In this document: piece by piece, positions 1-13,269 of the stretch
Numbering within the stretch: position 1 is the stretch's first letter
Layout of the letters: each line of letters opens with the position of its first letter
Assembly: GCF_963921235.1 (NCBI RefSeq)
Contig: NC_086097.1
Span: 63,242,001-63,306,000, forward strand
DNA length: 64,000 nucleotides
Direction of reading: 5' to 3'
Source: Mobula hypostoma
Taxonomy: Eukaryota
Notes under the pieces: model-generated
Told to the model about the DNA's origin: nothing
Databases searched by the model: none
The model's input: the letters and a program-made list of their open reading frames with translations, nothing else
Position numbers and translations under genes: made by a program

Positions 1-388
1 TCATGTCCAGTCTATTTCGCAATTTAGTTTTTGTTACATTCATCGCAGAGGTATGTTGGAAATGGAAGCAATGTTTTCAGTGCTTCCGTGGCTATCTCAG
101 GATATGCACCCTTGACTTTGATCCAGAGTGCCAGCAGAGACGTTATGTCAAACATACTTTTCAGCCTGCCGTCATTTCCAAGTCGAGGAGTTGATCTCCT
201 TCCCGCGCTGACATGGATGACGCACGCGTAATGATCTCACGTGCATTCAAGCTCAGCAGTGGGCGTGACAGGGAATGAGGAAAGGTGCAGCTGACTCATA
301 TCACCAAAACATATCGTTTCCTCGCGGCCCGGTAGTGCTTGCCTTGCGGCCCGGCACCGATCCACGGCCCAGTGGTTGGAGACCGCTG
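1..388 (-). mobile_element. hAT (Charlie-like) DNA transposon, internally deleted; one end visible, the rest runs off the window
   Basis: Minus strand begins CAGCGGTCTCCAACC (hAT-type TIR, 374-388), with subterminal (G/A)CGGCCC(G/A)G repeats at about 323-372. Broken minus-strand frames read WIKVKGAYPEIATEALKTLLPFPTYL and TKTKLRNRLD, resembling the hAT C-terminal dimerisation domain. Confidence 0.75.
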
Positions 389-992
389 AGGTAAATCAAC
401 GTTGCTGAGTTTGTGGAGCTCTTACCTGGGAGTAGAATTCACAGTTGTATAATTAACAATGGAATTGATATTTGTTTCATTAGAGCATATAAGTCAGAAG
501 TGAATAGAGTAAAGCACATTCAGCAAGAATGATATCAAAAATGTCTGTACTTTGATGGAGAGGAGCCTGATTCCTTTTTGGCTTATTGTCAATAGCTATA
601 CAAAAAGCAAATACTCTTAGAAACTATTACTATAATGAAACTATTATTGTTAGCTGATAAATTAATTTAGTAGAAGAGTTAATAATCAGGCCCAAGTCAA
701 CACAAACAGCATTCCAAATTGAAGTTGTTCATTGATGAGACATTTTGTTTGGATTCATGGATATCAAATATATTTTAGATTTTCTTGGATTTCTAGACAT
801 CAATACATGCAGAATTAGGATTTTTGAGCCAATATTCTTCTAGAGTTGTTAGGAACAAAATTTTGTAAAAGTAATTTATATATTCTCTATGCTATCAAAT
901 TCATAGAGTTATTACACAAAAAGACTAGAAATGTTATAATGTAGTGCAATATTTATCTGTGCTCTGCAGAAATATTTTATCAGATTCAAGCT

Positions 993-2592
993 TGGCAGAT
1001 TGAAGGCAGATAAATCCCCAGGGCCAGATGGTCTGCATCCCAGAGTGCTTAAGGAAGTGGCCCAAGAAATAGTGGATGCATTAGTGATAATTTTTCAAAA
1101 CTCGTTAGATTCTGGACTAGTTCCTGAGGATTGGAGGGTGGCTAATGTAACCCCACTTTTTAAAAAAGGAGGGAGAGAGAAACCGGGGAATTATAGGCCG
1201 GTTAGCCTAACGTCGGTGGTGGGGAAACTGCTGGAGTCAGTTATCAAGGATGTGATAACAGCACATTTGGAAAGCGGTGAAATGATCGGACAAAGTCAGC
1301 ATGGATTTGTGAAAGGAAAATCATGTCTGACGAATCTCATAGAATTTTTTGAGGATGTAACTAGTAGAGTGGATAGGGGAGAACCAGTGGATGTGGTATA
1401 TTTGGATTTTCAAAAGGCTTTTGACAAGGTCCCACATAGGAGATTAGTGTGCAAACTTAAAGCACACGGTATTGGGGGTAAGGTATTGGTGTGGGTGGAG
1501 AATTGGTTAGCAGACAGGAAGCAAAGAGTGGGAATAAACGGGACCTTTTCAGAATGGCAGGCGGTGACTAGTGGGGTACCGCAAGGCTCAGTGCTGGGAC
1601 CCCAGTTGTTTACAATATATATTAATGACTTGGATGAGGGAATTAAATGCAGCATCTCCAAGTTTGCGGATGACACGAAGCTGGGTGGCAGTGTTAGCAG
1701 TGAGGAGGATGCTAAGAGGATGCAGGGTGACTTGGATAGGTTGGGTGAGTGGGCAAACTCATGGCAGATGCAATTTAATGTGGATAAATGTGAAGTTATC
1801 CACTTTGGTGGCAAAAATAGGAAAACAGATTATTATCTGAATGGTGGCCGATTAGGAAAAGGGGAGGTGCAACGAGACCTGGGTGTCATTATACACCAGT
1901 CATTGAAAGTGGGCATGCAGGTACAGCAGGCGGTGAAAAAGGCGAACGGTATGCTGGCATTTATAGCGAGAGGATTCGAGTACAGGAGCAGGGAGGTACT
2001 ACTGCAGTTGTACAAGGCCTTGGTGAGACCACACCTGGAGTATTGTGTGCAGTTTTGGTCCCCTAATCTGAGGAAAGACATCTTTGCCATAGAGGGAGTA
2101 CAAAGAAGGTTCACCAGATTGATTCCTGGGATGGCAGGTCTTTCATATGAAGAAAGACTGGATGAACTGGGCTTGTACTCGTTGGAATTTAGAAGATTGA
2201 GGGGGGATCTGATTGAAACGTATAAGATCCTAAGGGATTGGACAGGCTAGATGCAGGAAGATTGTTCCCGATGTTGGGGAGGTCTAGAACGAGGGGTCAC
2301 AGTTTGAGGATAGAGGGGAAGCCTTTTAGGACCGAGGTTAGGAAAAACTTCTTCACACAGAGAGTGGTGAATCTGTGGAATTCTCTGCCACAGCAAACTG
2401 TTGAGGCCAGTTCATTAGCTATGTTTAAAAGGAAGTTAGATATGGCCCTTGTGGCTACAGGGGTCAGGGGGTATGGAGGGAAGGCTGGGTTCTGAGTTGG
2501 ATGATCAGCCATGATCATAATAAATGGCGGTGCAGGCTCGAAGGGCCGAATGGCCTACTCCTGCACCTATTTTCTATGTTTCTATGTTTCTA
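993..2592 (+). mobile_element. CR1-clade LINE, 5'-truncated, young; RT region of ORF2
   Basis: ORF 1000-2250 has [35 protein letters not shown] and FADD. One frameshift near 2233 continues into ORF 2238-2495. Ends in a (TTTCTATG)n tail. Possible TSD AAGCT (988-992 / 2592-2596). Confidence 0.95.
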
Positions 2593-2775
2593 AGCTGTTG
2601 AATTACTTCCAAATCACTTCCAAAGAAACCAAGTTACTTCTAAAACCTCCATGTTCATCCCAAACCCACAAAGGAGTTACCAGTGGTATGCAACACAAAT
2701 TTGGGTGCTGTCTCTGTAGAATTCATTTGTGCCACAAATGACATAAGGCATTCATGCAAAAGTTTTGCAACAAAC

Positions 2776-4503
2776 ATCAGAATCAGAATCAGGTTTATTA
2801 TAGAAACATAGAAGCATAGAAAATAGGGGCAGGAGTAGGCCATTCGGCCCTTCGAGCCTGCACCGCCATTTATTATGATCATGGCTGATCATCCAACTCA
2901 GAACCCCGCCCCAGCCTTCCCTCCATACCCCCTGACCCCCGTAGCCACAAGGGCCATATCTAACTCCCTCTTAAATATAGCCAATGAACTGGCCTCAACA
3001 GTTTCCTGTGGCAGAGAATTCCACAGATTCACCACTCTCTGTGTGAAGAAGTTTTTCCTAATCTCGGTCCTAAAAGGCTTCCCCTCTATCCTCAAACTGT
3101 GACCCCTCGTTCTGGACTTCCCCAACATCGGGAACAATCTTCCTGCATCTAGCCTGTCCAATCCCTTTAGGATCTTATACGTTTCAATCAAATCCCCCCC
3201 TCAATCTTCTAAATTCCAACGAGTACAAGCCCAATTCATCCAGTCTTTCTTCATATGAAAGTCCCGCCATCCCAGGAATCAATCTGGTGAACCTTCTTTG
3301 TACTCCCTCTATGGCAAAAAATGTCTTTCCTCAGATTAGGGACCAAAACTGCACACAATACTCCAGGTGTGGTCTCACCAAGGTCTTGTACAACTGCAGT
3401 AGTACGTCTCTGCTCCTGTACTCGAATCCTCTCGCTATAAATGCCAGCATACCATTCACCTTTTTCACCACCTGCTGTACCTGCATGCCCACTTTCAATG
3501 ACTGGTGTATAATGACACCCAGGTCTCGTTGCACCTCCCCTTTTCCTAATCGGCCACCATTCAGATAATAATCTGTTTTCCTATTTTTGCCACCAAAGTG
3601 GATAACTTCACATTTATCCACATTAAATTGCATCTGCCATGAATTTGCCCACTCACCCAACCTATCCAAGTCACCCTGCATCCTCTTAGCATCCTCCTCA
3701 CTGCTAACACTGCCACCCAGCTTCGTGTCATCTGCAAACTTGGAGATGCTGCATTTAATTCACTCATCCAAGTCATTAATATATATTGTAAACAACTGGG
3801 GTCCCAGCACTGAGCCTTGCGGTACCCCACTAGTCACCGCCTGCCATTCTGAAAAGGTCCCATTTATTCCCACTCTTTGCTTCCTGTCTGCCAACCAATT
3901 CTCCACCCACACCAATACCTTACCCCCAATACCATGTGCTTTAAGTTATCATTGGCATGTGACGTGAAATTTATTAACTTAGCAGCAGCTGTTCAATGCA
4001 ATACATGATATACAGAAGAGGAAAAAACTAATAATAATAAATAAGATAATAATAATAATGAATAAAGTAAATCAATTACAGTATACGTATATAGAATAGA
4101 TTTTAAAAAGTTGCAAAGAAACAAATACTGTATATTTTTTAAAAAGTGAGGTAGTGTCCAAGGGTTCAATGTCCATTTAGGAATTGGATGGCAGAGGGGA
4201 AGAAGCTGTTCCTGAATCGCTGAGTGTGTGCCTTCAGGCTTCTGTATCTCCTGCCTGATGGTAACAGTGAGAAAAGGGCATGCCCTGGGTGCTGGAGGAG
4301 CTTAATAATGGACGCTGCCTTTCTGAGACACTGCTCCTTGAAGATGTCCTGGGTACTTTGTAGGCTAGTACCCAAGATGAAGCCGACTAAATTTACAACC
4401 TTCTGCAGCTTCTATCGGTCCTGTGCAGTAGCCACCGCCCCCCCACCCCCCCCGCCATACCAGACAGTGATGCAGCCTATCAGAATGCTCTCCATGGTAC
4501 GTA
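2776..4503 (-). mobile_element. Rex/Babar-like LINE 3' fragment, interrupted by the CR1 at 2801-3947
   Basis: ORF 4166-4375 ends HPGHALFSLLPSGRRYRSLKAHTQRFRNSFFPSAIQFLN. The (AATCAG)n tail at 2776-2792 joins 3948 onward once the CR1 is removed. Confidence 0.8.
2801..3947 (-). mobile_element. CR1-clade LINE, 5'-truncated, near-identical to 1454-2592
   Basis: ORFs 3331-3681 and 2898-3191 match the RT C-terminus of the upstream copy. Tail reads TAGAAACATAGAAGCATAGAAA on + at 2801. Confidence 0.95.
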
Positions 4504-5619
4504 TTGCAAAAACTTAAAATTGACTTTCTCAGCATGACACAGAAGTGGGCCATTCGGCCTTTGGACCCAAGCCAGCCTCCAGTACAGCAATCCCATCAGT
4601 CCCATAACCCCTCGCCTTCTCCCACAATGCTCATCAAATGCCCTTAAATCCTTTACCACTTTTCAACCACTACTTCCTGTTATCAGCCAGTTTCCAACCT
4701 ATTGGCCCACTTCAGTTTAGATTAAATTAGATTAGTTTGTTGTCATCTATACCAGAGTACAATGTCACTTCTTGCTCATATGAGGCTCACGGAATAATTA
4801 GTGTCCATAGTAATAATAAGCATAACAATAAGTACAATGACAAGTCAAAACAGCAGAATGATGCAAAAATTGTACCATGACTACCACCAGTTGAATACAA
4901 ACCTCCCCAGTGACCTGACTTGAATGTCAGTATCTCGACCTCTGATTGAAACTTCCACACTCTCTCCTCCCAATGCAATCCCCACTTGCACATCACGACC
5001 AACCTGGGTTCCTCTGCTTCCAGTGTAATGGTGGTGTCAGCTGAAAAAAGATCTTTGTGCACACAAATCCTCATACGCTAATCCTGAAGCACTAAACACA
5101 CCTTGCTTGCCCACCCACCGGACCTCCCCCACCCGGCTTCATGACTCCTTTTCGATGCAAAACAATTTTCGCACTGCAGATCTTTCACGGGGCACAATAA
5201 ATGAAGTTTTCATGTCTAAATCTAAACTTAAGAATTGGATTTTGGTACTGAGAATGGTCTTTATATCAGACAAAAGTAGGAAATCAGAACTAAGAGCAGA
5301 ATATTCCTGAAGTGCTCAGCAAGACTGGCTGACTCTGCGCGAATGGAAGCATATTTTATGAGCTCAGGAGCTTCCCATCTCCCTTCACATCACAGGCAAG
5401 AGTGGGCAAGCGGAGAAAGGTTACTGGATTGAAAATGATGATGTGTTACACACATCTACGTCTCCTTTCTTCCAGCAGCAGTCATCATAGTGTCTGAATA
5501 TCCCTCTAAGGAGTGGCTGTAGCAACTTGACAGCATCTTCAGTAGCAACTCCCACGCTTCTGTTTATAACTCAATTATAGCGTGAGATTCCCTCACGTTA
5601 TTAAAATCAACATAGTCAG

Positions 5620-5750
5620 GACATCAAAGGATATGGGGAGAAGGCAGGAGAATGGGGTTCAGAGGGATAATAAGTCAGTTATGATGGAGTGGTGGAGCAG
5701 TCTCAATGGGCTAAATGGCCTAATTCTGCTCCGATGTGTTATGGTCCTAT
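5620..5750 (+). mobile_element. CR1 3' UTR fragment
   Basis: GGATATGGGGAGAAGGCAGG...AATGGCCTAATTCTGCTCC matches the 3' ends of other CR1 copies in the window. Confidence 0.65.
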
Positions 5751-6525
5751 GGAAGGGAAGATTTTAACTGCAATTCTACAACTTGCTTTTCACATCACTC
5801 TTTGCAATCCAGGAGAAAGATGAATGCCCATCCAGGCACAGAGGGGAAACCTTTGACCTCCAACCTCATTTCCTCCTTGGATCACCAACCTCCTTCTTCC
5901 TTCCTCGGGTCCCTTTGCCAACATTCTTTTATCTCAGCTCCAGATAAAGTCCAATTTAACCAGTTGCTGGGCAGGAAATGGAACAAAAATATTATGATTC
6001 CCAGCCTTCAAGATTAGAAAGCCTTCTGTGCATTAAATACGCTAATTGTTTTCTCATGATATCACCAACAGTGAACCTATATACCCCCTACTATCATCAA
6101 CCATGTCTGTCTTCATGATGCACTATGTTCCCACACTAATCAGAAAAGATAGCAGGCCAGGCAGCATCTCTAGGAAGACGTACAGTCGATGTTTCGGGCC
6201 AAGACCCTTCGTCAGAACTGACTGAAAGAAGAGCTAGTAAGAGATTTGAAAGTGGGAGGGGGAGGAGGAGATCCGAAATGATAGGAGAAGACAGGAGGGG
6301 GAGGGATGGAGCCAAGAGCTGGACAGTTGATTGGCAAAAGGGATATGAGAGGATCATGGGACAGGAGGCCCAGGGAGAAAGAAAAGGGGGAGGAGGGGAA
6401 GCCCCGAGGATGGGCAAGGGGTATAGTGAAAGGGGCAGAGGGAGAAAAAGGAAAGAGAGAAAAAGAACGTGTGTGTGTATATAAATAAATAAATAACGGG
6501 TGGGATACGAGGGGGAGGCGGGGCA

Positions 6526-7880
6526 TTAGCGGAAGTTAGAGAAGTCAATGTTTATGCCATCAGGTTGGAGGCTACCCAGACAGAATATCAGGTGTTGTTC
6601 CTCCAACCTGAGTGTGGCTTCATCTTGACAGTAAAGGAGGGCGTGGATAGACATATCAGAATGTGAATGGGATGTGGAATTAAAATGTGTGGCCACTGGG
6701 AGATCCTGCTTTCTCTGGCAGACAGAGCGTAGGTGTTCAGCGAAATGATCTCCCAGTCCGTGTTGGGTCTCGCCAATAGAAGGCAGCATCGGGAGCACCG
6801 GATGCAGTATATCACCCCAGCCAACTCACAGGTGAAGTGTCGCTTCACCTGGAAGGACTGTCTGGGGCCCTGAATGGTAGTAAGGGAGGAAGTGTAAGGG
6901 CATGTGTAGCACTTGTTCCGCTTACACGGATAAGTGCCAGGAGGGAGATCGGTGGGGAGGGATGGGGGGGACGAATGGACAAGGGGGTTGCTTAGGGAGC
7001 GATCCCTGCAGAAAGCAGAGGGGGGGAAGGGAAAGATGTGCTTAGTGGTGGGATCCCGTTGGAGGTGGCGGAAGTTACGGAGAATTATATGTTGGACCCA
7101 GAGGCTGGTGGGGTGGTAGGTGAGGACCAGGGGAACCCTATTCCTTGTGGGGTGGCGGGAGGATGGAGTGAGAGCAGATGTGCGTGAAATGAGGGAGATG
7201 CGTTTGAGAGCAGAGTTGATGGTGGAGGAAGGGAAGCCTCTTTCTTTAAAAAAGGAGGACATCTCCTTCGTCCTGGAATGAAAGGCCTCATCCTGAGAGC
7301 AGATGCTGCAGAGACGGAGGAATTGCGAAAAGGGGATGGCATTTTTGCAAGAGACAGGGTGAGAAGAGGAATAGTCCAGATAGCTGTGAGAGTCAGTAGG
7401 CTTATAGTAGACATCAGTAGATAAGGTGTCTCCAGAGATAGAGACAGAAAGATCTAGAAAGGGGCGGGAGGTGTCGGAAATGGACCAGGTAAACTTGAGG
7501 GCAGGGTGAAAGTTGGAGGCATAGTTAATGAAGTCAACGAGCTCAGCATGCGTGCAGGAAGCAGCACCAATGCATTCATCAATGTAGTGAAGGAAAAGTG
7601 GGGGACAGATACCAGAATAGGTTTGGAACATAGATTGTTCCACAAAGCCAACAAAAAGGCAGGCATAGCTAGGACCCATACGGGTACCCATGGCTACACC
7701 TTTAGTTTGGAGGAAGCGGGAGGAGCCAAAGGAGAAATTATTAAGAGTAAGGACTAATTCCACTAGACAGAGCAGAGTGGTGGTAGAGGGGAATTGGTTA
7801 GGTCTGGAATCTAAAAAGAAGCGGAGATCTTTGAGACCTTCCTGATGGGGGAGGGAAGTATATAGGGACTGGACATCCAT
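6526..7880 (-). pseudogene. Penelope RT/GIY-YIG endonuclease ORF remnant
   Basis: Catalytic motif altered to YIDE. Compared with the copy at 23356-23682, a small deletion near 6780 disrupts LYIGET. Confidence 0.85.
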
Positions 7881-8033
7881 GGTGAAAATAAAGTTGTGGT
7901 GGCCAGGGAACTTAAATTCATCGAAAAGTTTCAGCTCTTGGCTCCATCCCTCCCCCTCCTGTCTTCTCCTATCATTTCGGATCTCCCCCTTCCCCTCCCA
8001 CTTTCAAACCTCTTACTAGCTCTTCTTTCAGTT

Positions 8034-8069
8034 AGTCCTGACGAAGGGTCTCGGCACGAAACGTCGACT
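8034..8069 (+). ncRNA. Minimal type I hammerhead ribozyme motif in the Penelope pLTR
   Basis: AGTC-CTGACGA-AGGGTCTCGGCAC-GAAA-CGTC-GACT: stem I AGTC/GACT, CUGANGA and GAAA cores, GUC cleavage triplet. Stem II carries a substitution. A mirror copy lies on the minus strand at about 6184-6219. Confidence 0.7.
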
Positions 8070-9705
8070 GTACCTCTTCCTAGAGATGCTGCCTGGTCTG
8101 CTGCGTTCATCAGCAACTTTTACGTGTGTTGCTTGAAATTCCAGCATCTGCAGATTTCCTCATGTTTGCAAATCAGAAAAGATGCCATGTTTTCAAATTG
8201 AAAGACTTCTAGTTGTCAGTCAAACAACATTTCTTTTTAACTTCTGTCAAATTATTTTTGTAACTATTAAAATGCTTAAAGAGAAAGTTGCATCTTGAAT
8301 ACATCGTAATGGATAATCCTGTAGAATTAGCAAGCCAAAATATACCTTACTTTGGACTATTGTTGGCATCTCTCCCACCCTTCACACAAAGAGAAGGACC
8401 AATGTTTGAGATGAATAACCTTTTATTTGAATTTATATTGAAGCTGAGTCAAGTCAAGACGCTTTGCTCTAGTAAATACCATCTGTTTTAGCGTTGGTGA
8501 ACAGGTGTCCTATCTACCAAACTAAATCACAGCTGTCCTCACTTCATGTTACTGATGATCTTCATTCCATTCACAACTTCCAGCCACAATTCCTGTACAA
8601 AGAATTGTTCCAGATTAAGCATACTTTGAGCTCTGGACACAGAGAATCTCAAAGGCATCTGGTTTTAATTAATGTTTTGTTTTAATAAAATACATGCAGT
8701 GCAGAAAATGCAACTGGAATATGTTTTCAATATGCAAGCAGGAACGTATGTACAACTTGCCTACATGGATTTGTTAGCATTATTTGTTTTTGGACTGGAT
8801 GGTTACACCAAATATGTTACAAGAATTATCATCACCACATTCTATCAAATGAATCATCCATATTCAACTGTGTTCATTTTGCTTCAGACTGTTTCCGAAT
8901 ATCTGGTAAAATAGTGACAGAATACAACCTGAAGTATCCAAGTTACATCATGAAAATGCCCTATTTATTCAATAATTGCACAGAGTTTTTTCATACCTCA
9001 ATGTTCTTCTAAGCTGCAACCATATCATGTCATCAAATCATAATACTTTTGAGTTTGTATTTTCTTTGTGTTCATTAATATAAGTTGAAAACAAACCTGA
9101 AGATTCACTTGTAACTTTCTTTTTTTTACTGTGAAACTCTGAGCCGGCAATGAAAGCCAATTTTTCAGAATTTCATTCATTTTGCTGAAAGATTACTATA
9201 GGTGATTGGGAAAATGCATTATAGATCACTTACCAATCCCATTTTTTTGTTGAATGCACTAGTCTTTGGCACAAAGGGAATGAGCTGTTAGATTATGCTA
9301 ACTTTGTGATTAAAATAACTTTGAAAATAATTTTATTAAAGTTCTATATAGCTATAGCATGACTTCTTCACTCTTCTACTCACACTCCTGCCAATGATGC
9401 CAAATATACCAGATGCATTCTTTACCACTGCATCCACTTGTGTAGCAATTTTCAATGAACAACAGAACTGGATCCCAAGACCCTCTGTACATCAATGCTA
9501 TGAAAGGATCTACCATTAATTGTATATTTTGTCTTTCCAAAGTGCAACACTTCACATGTGCCCATACTCCTTCCCTGGCAAAATCTCCAACAGATCTATA
9601 TCCCACTGTATTTTTTGATAGTCCATAATACTTCCTATAATTCCACCAATCTCAGTTTCAACCATCAACATGCTAATCCACCCATCCACATTTTCATCCA
9701 AATCA

Positions 9706-12293
9706 TTGGGCAGAAATTGATGGGACTGAAGGCTGATAAATCCCCAAGACCTGATGGTCTGCAGCTCAGGGTCTGCATTCCATTCTGGAGGTGGCTCTAG
9801 AAATCATGGAGGCATTGGTGATCATTTTCCAGTGCTCAATAGATTCAGGATCAGTTCCTGTCAATTGGAGGGTAGCTAATGTTATCCCACTTCTTAAGAA
9901 AGGAGGGAGAGAGAAAACAGGGAATTATAGACCAGTTAGCCTGACATCAGTGGTGGGGAAGATGCTGGAGTCATTTATAAAAGATGAAATAGCTGCACAT
10001 TTGGATAGCAGTAACAGGATCAGTCCGAGTCAGCATGGATTTACAAAGGGGAAATCATGCTTGACTAATCTGCTGGAATTTTTTGAAGATGCAACTATGA
10101 AAATGGGCAGGGAGAGCCAATGGATGTAGTGTACCTGGACTTTCAGAAAGCCTTTGATAAGGTCCCACATAGGAGATTAGTGGACAAAATTGGAGCACAT
10201 GGTATTGGGGGAAGGGTACTGACATGGGTAGAAAATTGGTTGGCAGATGAGAAACAAAGAGTAGAGATTAACGGGTCCCTTTCAGAATGGCAGGCAGTGA
10301 CTAGTGGTGTACCTCAAGGCTCGATGCTGGGACCGCAGCTATTTACAATATACATTAATGATTTAGATGAAGGGATTAAAAGTAACATTAACAAATTTGC
10401 AGATAACACAAAGCTGGGTGGTAGTGTGAAATGTGAGGAGGATGTTGTGAGAATGCAGGGTGACTTGGACAGGCTGGGTGAGTGGGCAGATGCAGTTTAA
10501 TGTGGATAAATGTGACGTTATCCACTTTGGTGGCAAGAAAAGGAAGGCAGATTATTATCCCAATGGTGTCAAGTTAGGAAAAGGGGAAGTACAACGAGAT
10601 TTAGGTGTCCTTGTTCATCAGTCACTGAAAGTAAGCATAAAAGTACAGCAGGCAGTGAAGAAAGCTAATGGTATGTTGGCATTCATAACAAGAGTAGTTG
10701 AGTATAGGAGCAAAGAGGTCTTTCTACAGTTGTACAGAGCCCTGGTGAGACCACACCTGACGTATTGTGTGCAGTTTTGGTCTCCAAATTTGAGGAAGGA
10801 CATTCTTGCTATTGAAGGAGTGCAGCATAGGTTCACAGGGTTAATTCCCAGGATGGCAGGACTGTCATATGTTGAAAGATTGGAGCTACTGGGCTTGTAT
10901 CAGCAGCACTGGGGCTCCACAGGGGACTGTCTTGTCTCCCTTTCTCTTCACCATTTACACCTCGGACTTCAACTACTGCACATAGTCTTGTCATCTTCAG
11001 AAGTTTTCTGATGACACTGCCATAATTGGATGCATCAGCAAGGGAGATGAGGCTGAGTACGGGGCTACAGTAGGAAACTTTGTCACATGGTGTGAGCAGA
11101 ATTATCTGCAGCTTAACGTGAAAAAGACTAAGGAGCTGGTGGTAGACCTGAGGAGAGTTAAGGTACCAGTGACCCCTGTTTCCATCCAGGGGGTCAGTGT
11201 GGACATGGTGGAGGATTACAAATACCTGGGGATACAAATTGACAATAAACTGGACTGGTCAAAGAACACTGAGGCTGTCTACAAGAAGGGTCAGAGCCGT
11301 CTATATTTCCTGAGGAGACTGAGGTCCTTTAACATCTGTCGGACAATGCTGAGGATGTTCTACGAGTCTGTGGTGGCCAGTGCTATCATGTTTGCTGTTG
11401 TGTGCTGGGGCAGCAGGCTGAGAGTAGTAGACACCAACAGAATCAACAAACTCATTCGTAAGGCCAGTGACGTTGAGCGGATGGAACTGGACTCTCCAAC
11501 GGTGGTGTCTGAAAAGAGGATGCTGTCCAAGTTTCATGCCACCTTGGCCAATGTCTCCCATCCACTACATAACGTACTGGTTGAGCACAGGAGTACATTC
11601 AGCCAGAGACTCATTCCACCGAGATGCAACACAGAGTGTCATAGGAAGTCATTCCTGCCTGTGGCCATCAAACTTTACAACTCCTTCCTTGGAGGGTCAG
11701 ACACCCTGAGCCAATAGGCTGGACCTGGACTTATTCCCTGGCATAATTTACATATTACTTTTTAACTATTTATGGTTTTATTACTGTATATTATTTATGG
11801 TGCAACTGTAATGAAAACCAATTTCCCCTTGGATCAATAAAGTATGACTATGACTATGACTATGTATACAATGGAATTTAGAAGGATGAGAGGGGATCTG
11901 ATTGAAACATATAAGATTATTAAGCGATTGGACACGCTAGAGGCAGGAAACATGTTCCCAATGTTGGAGGAGTCCGGAACCAGAGGCCACAGTTTAAGAA
12001 TGAGGGGTAGGCCATTTAGAACGAAGTTGAGGAAACACTTTTTCACCCAGAGAGTTGTGGATCTGTGGAATGCTCTGCCTCAGAAGGCAGTGGAGGCCAA
12101 TTCTCTGGATGCTTTCAAGAAAGAGTTAGATAAAGCTCTTAAAGATAGTAGAGTCAAGGGATGTGGGGAGAAGGCAGGAACGGGGTACTGATTGTGGATG
12201 ATCAGCCATGATCACAGTGAATGATGGTGCTGGCTCGAAGGGCCAAATGGCCTACTCCTGCACCTATTGTCCATTGTCTATTATTGTCTATTG
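9706..12293 (+). mobile_element. CR1 LINE, 5'-truncated and frameshifted, split by a Rex/Babar insertion
   Basis: ORFs 9791-10129, 10120-10500, 10460-about 10900 and 11844-12191 are consecutive CR1 RT pieces. Ends in an (ATTGTCT)n tail. Confidence 0.92.
10901..11862 (+). mobile_element. Rex/Babar-like LINE, 5'-truncated, nested in CR1
   Basis: Starts with SSTGAPQGTVL, then QKFSDD. ORF 11118-11717 has KTKELVVD...KKGQSRLYFLRRLRSF...RKSFLPVAIKLYN. AATAAA plus (TATGAC)n tail. TGTAT at both junctions (10896-10900 / 11863-11867). Confidence 0.88.
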
Positions 12294-12299
12294 ATAAAG

Positions 12300-12810
12300 A
12301 ACCGTACTGATCTTTGATGAACACCAATGGTCACAGGCCTCCAGACAGGGTAGCAGTATTGTACCCCTACCCTCTGACTTCAGTGGGCAAGCCAGTTCTC
12401 AGTCTAAACTTGCACTCTGGATCCCACACATCTTTATCATCTGAGTTAAGCTATCAGGGTTGACCTTGTCAAATGTCTTATTGAAGTCCATGTAGATAAT
12501 ATCCACTGCCTTACACTCATGAAGTTGCTTTATTACTTCCTCAAAAGTTCAATCAAATTTGTAAGGCATGACCTGCCATGCAGCAAACTACGCTGACTGT
12601 CCCTAAGCAGGACATCCCATTCCAATTGTGCATAAATCCTATTCCTCAGAGCTTTCCTACCACTGTTGTGAGGCTCACTAGTCTATAATTGCCCAAATTA
12701 TCTGTATTTCCTTTTTTGAACAAAGAGACAACATTTGCTATCCCTGTAGTCCTCTGGGACCTTGTCTGTCACTAGAACAGACACAAAGACTTTTGTCAAA
12801 GCCCCAGAGT
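12300..12810 (-). mobile_element. Degraded CR1 RT fragment
   Basis: Reverse complement resembles the NYRPVSLT...QHG...VDIIYMDF..AFDKV region. Confidence 0.6.
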
Positions 12811-13269
12811 GGAAAAGAAATGTTTCTGGCAATGTGTCCATTACTAATACAAAATGAAACATTTAATAAGTTTGGGATTAGAAAGGAACTCCCGTGAAAT
12901 ATTTTTTATCCAAAGGGTGAATTTACTCCAGTAAAATATTGGCTAAAGCATTCTTCCTTTCAGATTTCTGCTCAGCAATGACCTGTTTTGCTGTTTATCA
13001 TCGCACAATACAGTGCAGTGATATTACCTTATAGCTTAGCAGAGATGTTAAACTAGTAGATGTTACGTCAGCGCCTGTAAGAATCTTATCATTAGAAACT
13101 TGAGAGAGTACAGACCCAATCATCTTAATATATTTTTGAGTAAAAAAATCTTGGGAATCTATCAAGTGAACTTTCACCATGATCCCACATCATAAGCATA
13201 CCCTTTTCTGGTAAGGGAATCAGGCCTCGACACAATAGTTCAGACGGTGAATGGTTACATTGTTTTTCA

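Larger units (their letters stand above)
6151..8170 (-). mobile_element. Penelope-like element (RT + GIY-YIG), 5'-truncated, with an inverted pseudo-LTR (pLTR)
   Basis: Minus ORF 6588-7880 has DVQSLYTSL, GVAMGTRMGPSYA and YIDE (mutated YIDD). The GIY-YIG region is frameshifted into ORF 6526-6798. 7931-8170 is an inverted copy of the pLTR. Exact 13-bp TSD AATCAGAAAAGAT at 6138-6150 and 8171-8183. Confidence 0.93.

Noticed and set aside
1000..2250. 416-aa ORF as a functional or domesticated gene, or a retron-type RT
   Set aside because: It is a 5'-truncated CR1 ORF2 with a TTG pseudo-start, no endonuclease domain and a C-terminal frameshift.
6588..7880. 430-aa ORF as an active Penelope protein
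   Set aside because: It is N-terminally truncated, YIDD is changed to YIDE, and the GIY-YIG region is frameshifted.
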